Shown here: positions 47,203-58,441 of the stretch, piece after piece
How positions within the stretch are numbered: position 1 is the stretch's first letter
Layout of the letters: the number at the start of each line of letters is the position of its first letter
Origin: a virus
Strand: one strand, 5' to 3'
Virus record (IMG/VR): IMGVR_UViG_3300025840_000015
Location: 32,001-96,000 of that record
DNA: 64,000 bases
Made by a program: the position numbers and the translations under genes
Notes under the pieces: model-generated
The model's database searches: none
Told to the model about the DNA's origin: nothing
The model's input: the letters and a program-made list of their open reading frames with translations, nothing else

Positions 47203-47409
47203 TCAGACCTCGTAAGTTGGTGGATGATACTTGAGATACTCAAGGAAAGTCATTTTCATTTCCTTATGAGTCATTCCACAGTGCCTTGCCGCTGTGGGTA
47301 GATTCATTGTAGCATAGAATAATGCCTTGTTTGCTTCTTCTACATTTTCTGGTGTGGTTTTCACACGATGTTCAATCAAAGAATTTTGATCAACTTTTTT
47401 GAAAATCAT
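47203..47409 (-). CDS. small HTH-like protein
   Basis: MNLPTAARHCGMTHKEMK helix-turn-helix pattern. Confidence 0.7.
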   Translation of the reverse strand: MIFKKVDQNSLIEHRVKTTPENVEEANKALFYATMNLPTAARHCGMTHKEMKMTFLEYLKYHPPTYEV

Positions 47410-47588
47410 AGTGGACTTGAATAGGAAATTGAGTTTTCATCCAATGTTTCTCGGACAAATTGTAGCACGTTCATGAACTGATCGACGGTTTCGCAGGACA
47501 CTTCCTTTTCTGACCCTTCACTCGAATACAAATACACCTTTTTCCTAATAGGATCAAGGACGCATCGAGTCAGATACTCTTCAGTCAT
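47406..47588 (-). CDS. conserved cyanophage hypothetical protein
   Basis: LYSSEG..K.V.C.T..QFMNVL; TTGACA-17-TACCAT promoter at 47614-47642. Confidence 0.75.
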   Translation of the reverse strand: MTEEYLTRCVLDPIRKKVYLYSSEGSEKEVSCETVDQFMNVLQFVRETLDENSISYSSPL

Positions 47589-47652
47589 TTGGTTGCCGAT
47601 TGATTACCATGTAATGGTAGCACGCGCCACCTGGGTTGTCAAGCAAAAAAAA

Positions 47653-48381
47653 TCAATTTTCTGGAGACGTTGGCTTTTCTGCTGGTAGACTATTTAAATA
47701 ATCTCTTAATTCATATGGATCAAGAGTTAAATTGTTCAATACATCTTCAATAGTATCATGTCGGATCATATTTTGAAGAATCGCATCTTTAAAAGTAATA
47801 TTAAAGAACTGATTGAATGCTGCATTAATATCAGCGTCACCATCACTAACTTCAAGATAAGATTTTACCGTTTCTTTAGAAATATTAAATCTACTTAATA
47901 AAGAATTTAAACTTCCATTATAAGAATCTTTTAATTTATCTGAAATTTTCTCTACAAAATCATTAGTATTCAAATTCAATATTTTTCCAATTTTTTCCTC
48001 AAAACTCAGTTCTGCAAGAGATTTAATACCATCTTTTAATTTTTGTTCCCATTGAGTCCCATCCCAAATAATTTCATGATTACTATCTATTGGATCATGC
48101 GGACATAAATTTGTATATCCATCCATATTGCAACATGGATTGTCATTATTTACGATATTTTTCGTATCTATACAGTAATAACATCCTCTTTTATCTACAA
48201 CAACTTCCCAATATTCTTCTAATGGATTAAATACTGCAATACATCCATCAGAAAATTTTGGAGGTTCTAATGTAGTAGATCCTGGGGGCATAATATAATT
48301 TTGAGGATCATCAGGGTCTGCCTGGGCATAATCTTCCCCAAGGTAGAAATAATATTGCTGATCATATCTGTATATTTTCAT
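47653..48381 (-). CDS. tail fibre assembly chaperone (Tfa/gp38-like)
   Basis: IYRYD...YLG...MPPGSTTLEPP...AVF...WEVVVDKRG; directly downstream of a collar-type fibre. Confidence 0.75.
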   Translation of the reverse strand: MKIYRYDQQYYFYLGEDYAQADPDDPQNYIMPPGSTTLEPPKFSDGCIAVFNPLEEYWEVVVDKRGCYYCIDTKNIVNNDNPCCNMDGYTNLCPHDPIDSNHEIIWDGTQWEQKLKDGIKSLAELSFEEKIGKILNLNTNDFVEKISDKLKDSYNGSLNSLLSRFNISKETVKSYLEVSDGDADINAAFNQFFNITFKDAILQNMIRHDTIEDVLNNLTLDPYELRDYLNSLPAEKPTSPEN

Positions 48382-48417
48382 ATTTTTTAATTTATTCTAG
48401 AACATATTTATGAACTT

Positions 48418-51400
48418 TTATTCATACTTAATACAAGGAAGTAAAGCTAAATATGGTGGAATGTTGGGGTGTGCTTGACTATTGCCTGCATTGCCAGTGT
48501 TTCCAGTAATGTTAATTGCCACGTTTGCATTTGAGGTTAGATTCAATGAGTGATTGTGTTCTCCAGTGCCTCCAGTAGTAAATCCGCCGGTCAAAAAAGC
48601 GTTCCAGCAAGCTCTATTATCACCTTGTTTATTTCCAGCAGTATTTGGTCTTGCATAATTATGAGAGTGCCCTCCTCCAGTTAGAGTATAATTTGCATTT
48701 GAAGTTATATTTGCATCACTAGTAATATTTACTAAGGGGTGTGCGTGTTGTGGAATCTGATTTACGGTAAGTGTTACATTTTCAGATCCACCAGTATCTC
48801 CAACATCATATGTTCCACCAGGACCTTTACCTGCAATAAATCTTCTTTCTAAGTTAGGAAGTCTAAATTGAGATGCTGATTCTCCCCCAGTATTAAATCT
48901 TGTAGAAATAACTGAGAATAGATTAGCATAAATTCCACCATTAGAGAATACTGAACCATTACAAACAAGATATCCACTTGGAGCTGCAATTCCAGCAAAC
49001 CATATTACAGTTCCAATGGGAACTCCAAGACCACTAAGATCAATTGTTTCAGTAATAACTGAAGTTACTAGTCCCTTTTCATTTACGGTTATTTTAGGAA
49101 CTGTAGTAGAACTTCCAAATGTTCCAGTGGTAGAATTGACAGTTGCTAATGTTCCTGCTGCAGATACATTAGCAGACCCATCAAAATTGACATTCCAAGC
49201 CAAATCTCCAGTTATTGCAATATTTCTTGCATTTGTTAGTTTATCTGCTGATTGTGCGGCTCCGGTAACTGTTCCTATAAATGTATTTGCATAAACTTTA
49301 TCCCATTTAAGACCTGTGGAACCAAGATCCATGGTCCCATTTTGATTTCCTGGGTATAATCCAGCTTGAGTTAGAGTTAAATATCTTTGCGTTGCATTAT
49401 CAAGTGGAATAGCAGTTCCAGCTGCAACATTAGCAATCAAATAGAAAGACATTTGTGGATTTGATGTAGCATCCACGTTAACACTTATTCTTGCAGAATT
49501 TCCACTTCTATCTGGAGTCAATCTGGTATGATTAAAGCAAAGATTTGCATTTCCTCCACCATCATTTGTTGCCAATGATGTTTCTCCACTACCTCTTCCG
49601 GACGCAATAATACCACTAGCATATAAATCATTTTTAGATGCATCCCAATTTAAACTACCATCTACAAGAATATCATCATAATCTCCAGAAACTCCATTTT
49701 TAAGTAAGGCAGGTTGATAAATTGATCCGGCAGTATTTGATGCTCCCGAAACAAGTATTTTATCAGCTTTATCTGCAGTTCCACTAACTGCTCCATCAAA
49801 AGTAGTTGCATATATTGTTCTCCACTTCTTAGTTCCAGTTCCTATGTCGATTGCATTGGTAGTTTTTGGAACTATATTTCCTGTAAATGAGGATCTTATT
49901 ATAATATCAGTATTAGAATTTGCTCCAAGTGTGGAACCACCATTTACAGTTAAATTAGCATTTACAAGAACCTCTTTTATTGTCAATTTGCCCGCATTTG
50001 GATTGAATGAAATATCACCATCCGTAAATAATCCATTGTATTCTCCTACATTATTATTATCATCTACAAATGTGGGATAAAATGTGGCATTATCATTTTT
50101 AGTTATTGTTTTTATTAAATCTGCTTGAGATGCTGTTCCACTAAATGAACCATTAAATGTATTTGCAAATATGGTTCCAAATCTATTTCCTGCTGCACCA
50201 ATATTAATGCTATCTGATCTTGGTAGTAGAGTAGTATTTGCTTTTGCATTGAAGTTTAAATTATCATCACCATTACTTCCAAGGAATATATTTCCATTTA
50301 CTCTCAGAATATTGCCTATAGTTGCATTGCTAGTGGTTAAAAGATTTGTGCCAGGATTATATGATATTCCACCGTCAGTATATACGATTCTAGCTGCTCT
50401 AGTGCTACTATTTGTATCTACAAAAGTTAAAAAGTAAGAAGCATTTGTGTTAATGGATGCAGTTTCAATTTCTTTTGCCTTATCTGCTGTTCCATTGAAC
50501 GAACCATCAAAAGTAGTTGCATATACTGTTTTCCATCTTTTAGTAGATTCTCCAATATCGTAAGTATTATTTGCATCTGGAAGAACATTAGTGTCAATTG
50601 TTCCCGTAAGTGATAGGCTAGTAGATACATCTAGATTTGTGATTCCCGCATTTGTTACTGTTAATTTATTACCGTTTGGGTTATAGCTAATACTAGCATC
50701 GGTATAAAAACTATTTAAAGATGCAGTAGAGGCATTATCGTCTACAAAAGTTAAATAGAAAGAAGTATTTGACTGATTTCTAACAGTAAGTAATTTTTCT
50801 GCACCATCTGCTGTTCCAGTTACAGAACCATCAAAAGTATCAGCATAAACTGTTCCCCATCTTTGACTATTAGTTCCAAGATCAATTTTTGCCTCTGATG
50901 TTCTGGTAAATGTTGTAGAATTAAGACTAACACCAGAATCATAAGTAATAGGATTATCTTTTACATTTGAGATATTTTTATTTCTAACCCTAACTGTAAA
51001 TGCTCCATTTCCCCCATCAGATGTTAATTGAACTTTTGTTGCCCCTTGATTATCTACAGCATATTTTTCAGCACCATTGTAATAACATCCTGCTCTTATT
51101 GTTATATCTCCACCACCATCATTGAAAGAAATTCTCTTGGTTGCATCTTCTAGAAGAATAGCTCCACTAGCCCCAGATAACCATAATGCACCCCTATCTA
51201 ATTGTGTTGCACTAGGTGAAGATAGTCGTAAAACATTTAAATTTGGGTTATATTCAATACTGCCATCAGTATATAAATCCTCATCTGCACCTGGAGAATC
51301 ATTATCACTATTTACAAATGTTAAGAACTGATATGCATTAGTTGAATTTTTCTGAGTCTTTATCTTATTTGCATTATCTGCTCTATTTACAGTAATATTT

Positions 51401-54400
51401 GCATCAGTTGCCCAATTTATTCCAGTTCCAGTAGAAACTAAAACCTGACCTGAAGAACCTGGATCACCATCAGTATCTAATAATTTTTTACTTGGTTTAA
51501 AATCTCCATTTATTGTAACAGTTCCAGCTGCACCTGCCGGTGTATCATCTGGTTCTATTACAATTGATTGTTGTCCTAATATTTTACCTTCATCTAAAGG
51601 TCCGGTTAGTTTAATTCCAGCACTATCTGTTTGAAGTCTTAAAAGATCATTAAAGTAAAAATCTACTGTAGAATTTCTGTTGAATACTGCAAATTTTTCA
51701 TCACTAGTAGTTCCAAACTCCATTCCATAATCCTGTCCAGTTCCATTGAACTGGATATATCCCATATTCGTGGAATCAATAGTCTTCTGAATTCTAGTAT
51801 AAGCAGATTGCCAATTACTTCCGTTACTATCTCTCTGTTCTATTACATCTAAGTATGATGTATTATTATTATCTGCTATAAATGAAGCTAATTTTTGATT
51901 ATCTCCAGCATTTGATCCTAAAGAAACAGTTGGTTGAACTAATATACCTTCTCTTGGATTAACTTTAATTGATGTGCTACTGTATAAATCCTCATAAGAT
52001 GCCAGTGGAGGATCAACTGCTGGAGAATTATTTTCTTCAACGAAAGAAATATAATAATATTTATTATCATCTGCAGTTTCTGATAGTATCGTATCTGCAG
52101 TTGCCGCATTTCCTACGGTAATATCATCTGGATTTCCCCATTTAATTACGTCTCCGGTAGATAGTAATACTTGATTATTGAGTCCTTTACTGTCAAAACC
52201 ATCATACAGAGCACCATCTACACCAAGACTACCTCTAATATCTAAATTATATCTTGGACTATTTGAAGAAATGCCAATATTTCCATCAGTCTTTAAATAT
52301 AACTGATCTGGATTATTTCTAGTTCCTCCATTAGCACTGACATCTGTTTCAATTGAAATATCCTTTGGAGTTCCAGAAGTAGCAGATGCAGTATCAAGTC
52401 TTACATAATCTGCAGTTGAAAAAATTCTAAAATTATCCCAAGAGTTTAGATTTGAATAATAGTCATTTGTAAAGAATTCAAATTGAGAATTTCCATTTCC
52501 ATTTGGTATTACTCTTAATACCGTATGTTTATTAGTATTCAGATTTCTAAAAGTTGGACTTCCCTTCTGATTACCGTCTGCATCAGAAAATGCATAAAAA
52601 TGAAGATCTCCAACTCTAATTCCAGCATCATCACCATACTTTCTTAAATCCAACTGTTTTGATACTACAGTTGTTCCTATACCAACATCACCATCACCTT
52701 TAAGTGACAGTATAGGTGTAGATTGACCAACAGTTGCATTATGAACATCAAAGTTCATGTAATTTTCATCTATGACATTTGAATTGAATGTCTTGATGAA
52801 GAAAGGTCTATTTACATTATCTTCTCTGTTTATTTCTATCACACCCTCTCTTTCGAAGGTTGGCATCGTATCAAATATTACGCCACCTTTTACATGAATA
52901 GCTTGTTGAGGTTCTGAAGTTCCTACTCCCAATCTCTCATCTACATATGCCTTTTGTTTAAAAGTTGCAATTCCAGTAATTAATAAGTCTCTTGTTTTTA
53001 CAAATTCACTAAATTCACCGGTTCTTGCTTGCAGTTCATCATAAAATACATCATCCTTTACATATAAATCGCCACCAACATAAAGATCTCCACCAGTTGT
53101 AACAATTCCAGAATTCGTTGCTAAACTAACTTCATCTCCAACAAATAACTTTTTAGCAATTCCTACGCCACCAGGAGTATATAATGAACCATCATTGACA
53201 CCGGTAGAATCACTATTATCATGAACAAAAACTTTATCTTTTATTTCTACTATACCCTCAGAATCTATTACTAAATTTCCTTGTCCTGTTAAAATTGATA
53301 TAGTATTTGTGTCTAATTTGATATTGCCAATTGTTGTTATACCAGTGGCAGATATACTAGTAAAATCGGCAGGACCATCAAAATCTGCATAGTTAGATAC
53401 TGATAGATCTTTTAATTGAGTATCTTGATATACTTCTAGTCTTCCTGTTGTTGTAAGTCCGGTTATTTTAACATCTTGTAAAAATGTTGCAATACCAGTT
53501 ACATATAAATCATTAACATCTATACTTCCTTTAAATTTAGTAGCAGTTACAATTCCAGTAAATTCTGCAAATTTGCCTTCAATATTATCTAATGTTGAAG
53601 TATGATATACTGTCAGATCTCTAGATGTTGTTAGTCCAGATACTTTAAGATCTTTGGATGTAGTTACTCCAGTTACTTTTAAATTATCTATTGTCACTCC
53701 ACCACTGAATTGAGATTCTCCCAAAACATCCAACAATTTATTTGGAGTTGTGCTACCAATACCAATTCTATCTACTACATCATCATAAACGAAATTATCT
53801 GCTCCGTCTACAACACCTGCAGAATTTCTATACTGAACAGACTTATAGAATCCACCTGCAGCTGCTGGAAGTGTAGATGAGTCTACCCACAAAACTCCTT
53901 GAACACCAGCAATATCACCTCTAGTAAGAACTTGACCTACAGTTCCAGGTTCTTCTTCAATATCAATAATTGCTCCTCTGAGCCTGGTATTCCCATAGAC
54001 ATCTAGAGTATATGTTGGATCATTGGTTCCAATACCAACATAATATTGTTCATTAACAGAAAATACTGTTCCCCCGGCACCAATATAAACTCTATCACCA
54101 GCAGTAAGTAAAGAATCTGCTACGTCATATGTTAACTTACTTGATGTTGAAAAATCATTAGAAGAATTAAACTGAATTTCTCCCTCGTTTCCGGGAGCAA
54201 ATACAGTAATAGTTACTGCTGTTCCAGGATTTGTCATCCCGGTTCTATAACCTTCAGCAACTATAGCATTTCCCTTGATGATTAAATCTGTAGTGCTATT
54301 GGGTCCACCAACTAGTATGGTTTCATCAAATACACTAATTGAACCAGGAATTACTCCACCACCCCTTGGAATCCAGTATCTTTTTCCAGGAAAACCTTCA

Positions 54401-54564
54401 ACAGAAATTATTTGAAACTGCGGTCCAGCAGGAATAATATCACCACTTCCCGATGGATCACCAAGGTTTGGTTCTGCATCTCCAAGTGTTAGATAAGTAA
54501 ATCTATCATCTCGTAATTGACTTTGAGGAGTTCTTCTTGTTCTTCCCGATAAGTATCTTGGCAT
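48418..54564 (-). CDS. long tail fibre with collar domain
   Basis: GIGT repeats; repeated DIG....W.T.YA.TF.G modules; VPIGTVIWFAG...GYLVCNG collar; AHPNIPPYLAL end. Confidence 0.88.
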   Translation of the reverse strand: MPRYLSGRTRRTPQSQLRDDRFTYLTLGDAEPNLGDPSGSGDIIPAGPQFQIISVEGFPGKRYWIPRGGGVIPGSISVFDETILVGGPNSTTDLIIKGNAIVAEGYRTGMTNPGTAVTITVFAPGNEGEIQFNSSNDFSTSSKLTYDVADSLLTAGDRVYIGAGGTVFSVNEQYYVGIGTNDPTYTLDVYGNTRLRGAIIDIEEEPGTVGQVLTRGDIAGVQGVLWVDSSTLPAAAGGFYKSVQYRNSAGVVDGADNFVYDDVVDRIGIGSTTPNKLLDVLGESQFSGGVTIDNLKVTGVTTSKDLKVSGLTTSRDLTVYHTSTLDNIEGKFAEFTGIVTATKFKGSIDVNDLYVTGIATFLQDVKITGLTTTGRLEVYQDTQLKDLSVSNYADFDGPADFTSISATGITTIGNIKLDTNTISILTGQGNLVIDSEGIVEIKDKVFVHDNSDSTGVNDGSLYTPGGVGIAKKLFVGDEVSLATNSGIVTTGGDLYVGGDLYVKDDVFYDELQARTGEFSEFVKTRDLLITGIATFKQKAYVDERLGVGTSEPQQAIHVKGGVIFDTMPTFEREGVIEINREDNVNRPFFIKTFNSNVIDENYMNFDVHNATVGQSTPILSLKGDGDVGIGTTVVSKQLDLRKYGDDAGIRVGDLHFYAFSDADGNQKGSPTFRNLNTNKHTVLRVIPNGNGNSQFEFFTNDYYSNLNSWDNFRIFSTADYVRLDTASATSGTPKDISIETDVSANGGTRNNPDQLYLKTDGNIGISSNSPRYNLDIRGSLGVDGALYDGFDSKGLNNQVLLSTGDVIKWGNPDDITVGNAATADTILSETADDNKYYYISFVEENNSPAVDPPLASYEDLYSSTSIKVNPREGILVQPTVSLGSNAGDNQKLASFIADNNNTSYLDVIEQRDSNGSNWQSAYTRIQKTIDSTNMGYIQFNGTGQDYGMEFGTTSDEKFAVFNRNSTVDFYFNDLLRLQTDSAGIKLTGPLDEGKILGQQSIVIEPDDTPAGAAGTVTINGDFKPSKKLLDTDGDPGSSGQVLVSTGTGINWATDANITVNRADNANKIKTQKNSTNAYQFLTFVNSDNDSPGADEDLYTDGSIEYNPNLNVLRLSSPSATQLDRGALWLSGASGAILLEDATKRISFNDGGGDITIRAGCYYNGAEKYAVDNQGATKVQLTSDGGNGAFTVRVRNKNISNVKDNPITYDSGVSLNSTTFTRTSEAKIDLGTNSQRWGTVYADTFDGSVTGTADGAEKLLTVRNQSNTSFYLTFVDDNASTASLNSFYTDASISYNPNGNKLTVTNAGITNLDVSTSLSLTGTIDTNVLPDANNTYDIGESTKRWKTVYATTFDGSFNGTADKAKEIETASINTNASYFLTFVDTNSSTRAARIVYTDGGISYNPGTNLLTTSNATIGNILRVNGNIFLGSNGDDNLNFNAKANTTLLPRSDSINIGAAGNRFGTIFANTFNGSFSGTASQADLIKTITKNDNATFYPTFVDDNNNVGEYNGLFTDGDISFNPNAGKLTIKEVLVNANLTVNGGSTLGANSNTDIIIRSSFTGNIVPKTTNAIDIGTGTKKWRTIYATTFDGAVSGTADKADKILVSGASNTAGSIYQPALLKNGVSGDYDDILVDGSLNWDASKNDLYASGIIASGRGSGETSLATNDGGGNANLCFNHTRLTPDRSGNSARISVNVDATSNPQMSFYLIANVAAGTAIPLDNATQRYLTLTQAGLYPGNQNGTMDLGSTGLKWDKVYANTFIGTVTGAAQSADKLTNARNIAITGDLAWNVNFDGSANVSAAGTLATVNSTTGTFGSSTTVPKITVNEKGLVTSVITETIDLSGLGVPIGTVIWFAGIAAPSGYLVCNGSVFSNGGIYANLFSVISTRFNTGGESASQFRLPNLERRFIAGKGPGGTYDVGDTGGSENVTLTVNQIPQHAHPLVNITSDANITSNANYTLTGGGHSHNYARPNTAGNKQGDNRACWNAFLTGGFTTGGTGEHNHSLNLTSNANVAINITGNTGNAGNSQAHPNIPPYLALLPCIKYE

Positions 54565-54569
54565 AATTA

Positions 54570-55244
54570 TTATGTTGTGCTATTTTCTAGGATACTGCAA
54601 ATAAATTCCATTTGAAGTGGGGCAACTTTGCCACCAGTTGAATAATTGTGAATAATTCCAGAAACAGTTCCAGAATTAGTAACAAAAGTCTTTGATACAC
54701 CAACACCATCAGTAATGATAGATTCTACAATAAATGATTGTTGTGGTGAAGGAAATATGCTAGTTGTAAGTCCATAATTTCCTGGAGGACATGTAAACTC
54801 TAGTCCACTCATTGTTACATAATCATCCACAGCAAAATTATGTGGTGTTGTAGTTGTTACTGTAGTAACACCTGTCACATTATCATATTCGCAATTCTCT
54901 ACATCAAGAATTCCATCTTGAAATCCTTCAATAACAATAGAGTCTGTTATAATTGCCGTTCTTTCTAATACCAATCTACCATCAATGATTACCAAAGAAT
55001 CATTTGGTGGAATTTCAATATCTTTTATCACTCTTACGTTTCTGGTGTTACCAGCTGTTCTGGCAGAAGTGCTCTTTCTTCTGTGCGTAAAAGTTAATGT
55101 TGGATAAGTGTTTACTCCAACGTTTGCAACTTGTGCATATAGAACAATAGCAGAAACTCCAGTAGGAGTTGTATATACTGTTTGTTCTCCAGGAGCAACT
55201 GGAACAGCAACTGTTAAAAATTTATTAAGTGGTGCAACTGCCAT
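54570..55244 (-). CDS. virion structural protein (tail-fibre associated)
   Basis: VYTTPTGVSAIVLYAQVAN...SILEN; lies in the late cluster. Confidence 0.7.
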   Translation of the reverse strand: MAVAPLNKFLTVAVPVAPGEQTVYTTPTGVSAIVLYAQVANVGVNTYPTLTFTHRRKSTSARTAGNTRNVRVIKDIEIPPNDSLVIIDGRLVLERTAIITDSIVIEGFQDGILDVENCEYDNVTGVTTVTTTTPHNFAVDDYVTMSGLEFTCPPGNYGLTTSIFPSPQQSFIVESIITDGVGVSKTFVTNSGTVSGIIHNYSTGGKVAPLQMEFICSILENSTT

Positions 55245-55250
55245 ATTTTT

Positions 55251-58200
55251 TTACCTTAATGCTAGTATTAGAGGGGTAACTTCAGCTTGTATTGCCTTAC
55301 TAAAATCTCTTCCACGAATTGTTGATGTTGGTTGGTTAATTTGGAATCCCTCTCCAATATCAAAGTTTCCTTTTTGATCAGTGCTAGTAAATGGAACTTG
55401 TGCTCCATCTAAAGCAACAATCTCATTTTCCTTAATAGGAACAGCCCCTTGGAAAGGCGTTGAGTTATTTATATTAACACCCGTTCCAATATATTCAAAT
55501 GAATGTGAACTTGTTAGGATCCTACTTATCCTCTTGAAAGAAACTCTTTCATTTCCAAATAATTCATAAGGAATAAATTCATTAAATGTTACTGTTGTAA
55601 TTCCAACGCTAGTTCCTGATGTTCTGGTAGGTAAAGTTCCCAAATCAATGGCATCAGTAACTATTGCAAATAATGTATCAATAGAACTTTGGACATCTGC
55701 ACAAGATGCTGGATCTTGGTTTGATCCAGTAACAGGATCTGCAATGATGGATAGATCAATGACTTGTTCAAAAGTATTGATAGTAGTATAAGATTGTTTA
55801 GTTACAACAACATTGTTTATAATTGACTTTGCAAGATCTCTAGCATTATTAAATGTCTCAATAGATTCTGCTTCTTCTCCAGCCAAATATGCATTATCGA
55901 TATAAATTTTTCCAGCATCATATGCTTTATCATTTCCACCATATACTAAGTTATATGATATAGCATCTAAAACTAATTTCGTATCTTCAACACAACGATC
56001 ATTTCCACCAGGAATAGTAAACGATGGATTATTAAATAGCATTCTATCAACTGCTTCAGTAGCAATAAAATCTATGTTTCTTCTTATTAAAGATATTGCA
56101 TCAGCGTATCTACCTACTGCAGGAACTGGTTGTGTTGCAGAATCAACTGTATAATATATTGGTTGTGTTATTATTTCTGCCGAAGCTCCCACTGCAGCTC
56201 CACCATCAATAAAGACTTCAAGATTTTGAGATGGTAAATAATTTCTTCCACTATTTACAACATCTATTTCAACAATTGATCCTGTAATCTCATCAATTGT
56301 TGGACTCAATTCTGCAATAATTCCTTGTGGACCTTTTGGATCTTGTGTTAAATCGTCAGCATCTCTAATTATAACTGTTGGTGGAGCAGCAGGACTAAAA
56401 CCAGAACCACCATTGGTAACTACAATTTCTTGTATTTGGAGCATTGGTGTTGTTAATATAGAGGATGGCAATCCTGATACATAAGACTGATTGACATCTC
56501 CATAATTTGTGAGATCTATTTCAAAGAAAATTGCTTGACCATCATATGGTCTTCTAACATTATTGTATATGTCAGAAATATTTTTGAAAGTGACAACATC
56601 ACTGGCAGCATCAACTCCATCTGCAGTTCTTGATGGGGGATATCTTCCAACATTTGAAGTATATTCTGTTATACCTAAACCTACAGCATATAAACCATAG
56701 TTACCAAAAGATGAGTTGGAGTTTGTAAGATCGCATGATCCACCAGTATCTGCATAAATTCCAATATCAGAGTTAATTGTAAAAATAGAAACTAACTGAG
56801 CATATCCATTATTTGTGATCGATACTCCAATACCATTCTCATTATATTGAGTAAATGAGTCACAAACCATACATTTCAAATTATTTCCAATATTATTGAT
56901 GGGATCAGTAACAGATGCATGATCACCATCAATTCTCATACCAATACTGCCACTCATAAAGTTTGTGCAGTTTCTTATATATGGACTTCTCCACCTACCA
57001 CTTGGACCTTCAAGTGTTGGTCCAACTTCTATAAAACCAGTATTAGCAACTTTACTTGGATCTATTGGTGGAAATGCTATTGCTCCACATCCGGTATGAT
57101 TTACAGTAATACTTGTTCCGGCAAAGTTTATATTTTCAATTAAACATCCTCTTCTAACATGGAAAACATCTAGATTTGGATTTAATGGAGTTACAGTAAC
57201 CAATCTTAAATCTTGTCCTGTTACAGTAACATCATACCTCAATCCAATCGGATTATTCTCTACATATACTCCTGGTCTAATGACTATAGTATCCCCTGGT
57301 TCCGCAATCGCAGCAGCAGCACCTATAGTAGCTTTTGCATCTCCTTCCAGAAGTCCACTGTTAGCATCATCACCATCTTTGGTCACCCAGACAGTATTTT
57401 GAGTCTCTACTCCAGAAGGTCTCCACGAAACACCAGTTCCTACCGCAGATAATCTCCAATCTCTTTTAGTTTCTGCTCTAAAATCATTTATATCGACCAA
57501 ATATGAATCTAATTCTAACTCTCCGACTATTCTTGCATTACCCCCAACATTCAAATTCTCTTCAATTCCAACACCACCCTCAGTTACTATAGAACCAGTG
57601 TCTTTATCTATAGAGGTAGCATTGCTATTTACAGTAAGAATTCCATCAATAGTGACATTTAGATCAAATTGAGCATCTCCTCCAACATTCAATGTGGATT
57701 GTAGTGTTGTTGCACCTAAAACATCTAATGTAGATTGTAGTGATGTTGCATCTATAACATTCAATGTGGATTGTAGATTTGTTGCACCTACAACATCTAA
57801 TGTATCCTGAAGTGTTGTTGCTCCAAAAACATCTAGTGTATCCTGAAGTGTTGTTTCACCTACAACATCCAATGTGGATTGTAGATTTGTTGCACCTACA
57901 ACATCTAATGTATCTTGTAATTCAGTAGCACCACCTACGGTAAGAGTTAAGTCTAATTCAGTATCTCCTTGTACATTAAAATTTGATTCGACAAGTCCAT
58001 CTGAGGAAACACGAAGATTTCCCTCTACATCAAGTTTATATGCAGGATCACTTAAACCAATACCAACCCTATCATTAAATGCTACTGCTAAAGTTGGATT
58101 TGGGGATGCAAAAAGTGGATCAGCAGTATAAACTTCAAATGGATTTCCTGGAATAGAGCTATTAATTCCAACACTAGTATTTCTATAAACTGCTCCTCTA

Positions 58201-58394
58201 CTATCCCACCCCCACAAATCTTGAGTCTCAATATCAACTATCCATGATGGTGCATCTGGATTAGATAGGGGAGTTAAAGTATCTGTTCCTATGCCAAGAC
58301 TATTTACATTTTTAAAATTAAGAGCGGCGTAAGCTTGTGCTAACTGAGTAGTTGGCACATATGTTCCCTGATCTAAAATGTAAAAATATGCCAT
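55251..58394 (-). CDS. tail fibre/spike protein with 14-aa repeats and pectin-lyase-like domain
   Basis: WVTKDGDDANSG...TIGAA...GDTIVIRPGVY; RSPYIRNCT; TSTDQKGNF. Confidence 0.8.
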   Translation of the reverse strand: MAYFYILDQGTYVPTTQLAQAYAALNFKNVNSLGIGTDTLTPLSNPDAPSWIVDIETQDLWGWDSRGAVYRNTSVGINSSIPGNPFEVYTADPLFASPNPTLAVAFNDRVGIGLSDPAYKLDVEGNLRVSSDGLVESNFNVQGDTELDLTLTVGGATELQDTLDVVGATNLQSTLDVVGETTLQDTLDVFGATTLQDTLDVVGATNLQSTLNVIDATSLQSTLDVLGATTLQSTLNVGGDAQFDLNVTIDGILTVNSNATSIDKDTGSIVTEGGVGIEENLNVGGNARIVGELELDSYLVDINDFRAETKRDWRLSAVGTGVSWRPSGVETQNTVWVTKDGDDANSGLLEGDAKATIGAAAAIAEPGDTIVIRPGVYVENNPIGLRYDVTVTGQDLRLVTVTPLNPNLDVFHVRRGCLIENINFAGTSITVNHTGCGAIAFPPIDPSKVANTGFIEVGPTLEGPSGRWRSPYIRNCTNFMSGSIGMRIDGDHASVTDPINNIGNNLKCMVCDSFTQYNENGIGVSITNNGYAQLVSIFTINSDIGIYADTGGSCDLTNSNSSFGNYGLYAVGLGITEYTSNVGRYPPSRTADGVDAASDVVTFKNISDIYNNVRRPYDGQAIFFEIDLTNYGDVNQSYVSGLPSSILTTPMLQIQEIVVTNGGSGFSPAAPPTVIIRDADDLTQDPKGPQGIIAELSPTIDEITGSIVEIDVVNSGRNYLPSQNLEVFIDGGAAVGASAEIITQPIYYTVDSATQPVPAVGRYADAISLIRRNIDFIATEAVDRMLFNNPSFTIPGGNDRCVEDTKLVLDAISYNLVYGGNDKAYDAGKIYIDNAYLAGEEAESIETFNNARDLAKSIINNVVVTKQSYTTINTFEQVIDLSIIADPVTGSNQDPASCADVQSSIDTLFAIVTDAIDLGTLPTRTSGTSVGITTVTFNEFIPYELFGNERVSFKRISRILTSSHSFEYIGTGVNINNSTPFQGAVPIKENEIVALDGAQVPFTSTDQKGNFDIGEGFQINQPTSTIRGRDFSKAIQAEVTPLILALR
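57680..57940 (-). repeat. 42-bp coding tandem repeat (LQSTLDVVGATT-type)
   Basis: about six imperfect 14-aa units. Confidence 0.8.
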
Positions 58395-58415
58395 TCTTTT
58401 ATACTATTATATCCT

Positions 58416-58423
58416 TATTTATA
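58416..58423 (-). promoter_or_regulatory. late promoter TATAAATA
   Basis: exact match about 20 nt upstream of 58394. Confidence 0.8.
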
Positions 58424-58441
58424 AATTGGATTTGAGATAAT

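Noticed and set aside
40700-48800. Diversity-generating retroelement acting on fibre tips
   Set aside because: No reverse transcriptase and no template/variable repeat pair seen in the window; cannot exclude one elsewhere in the genome
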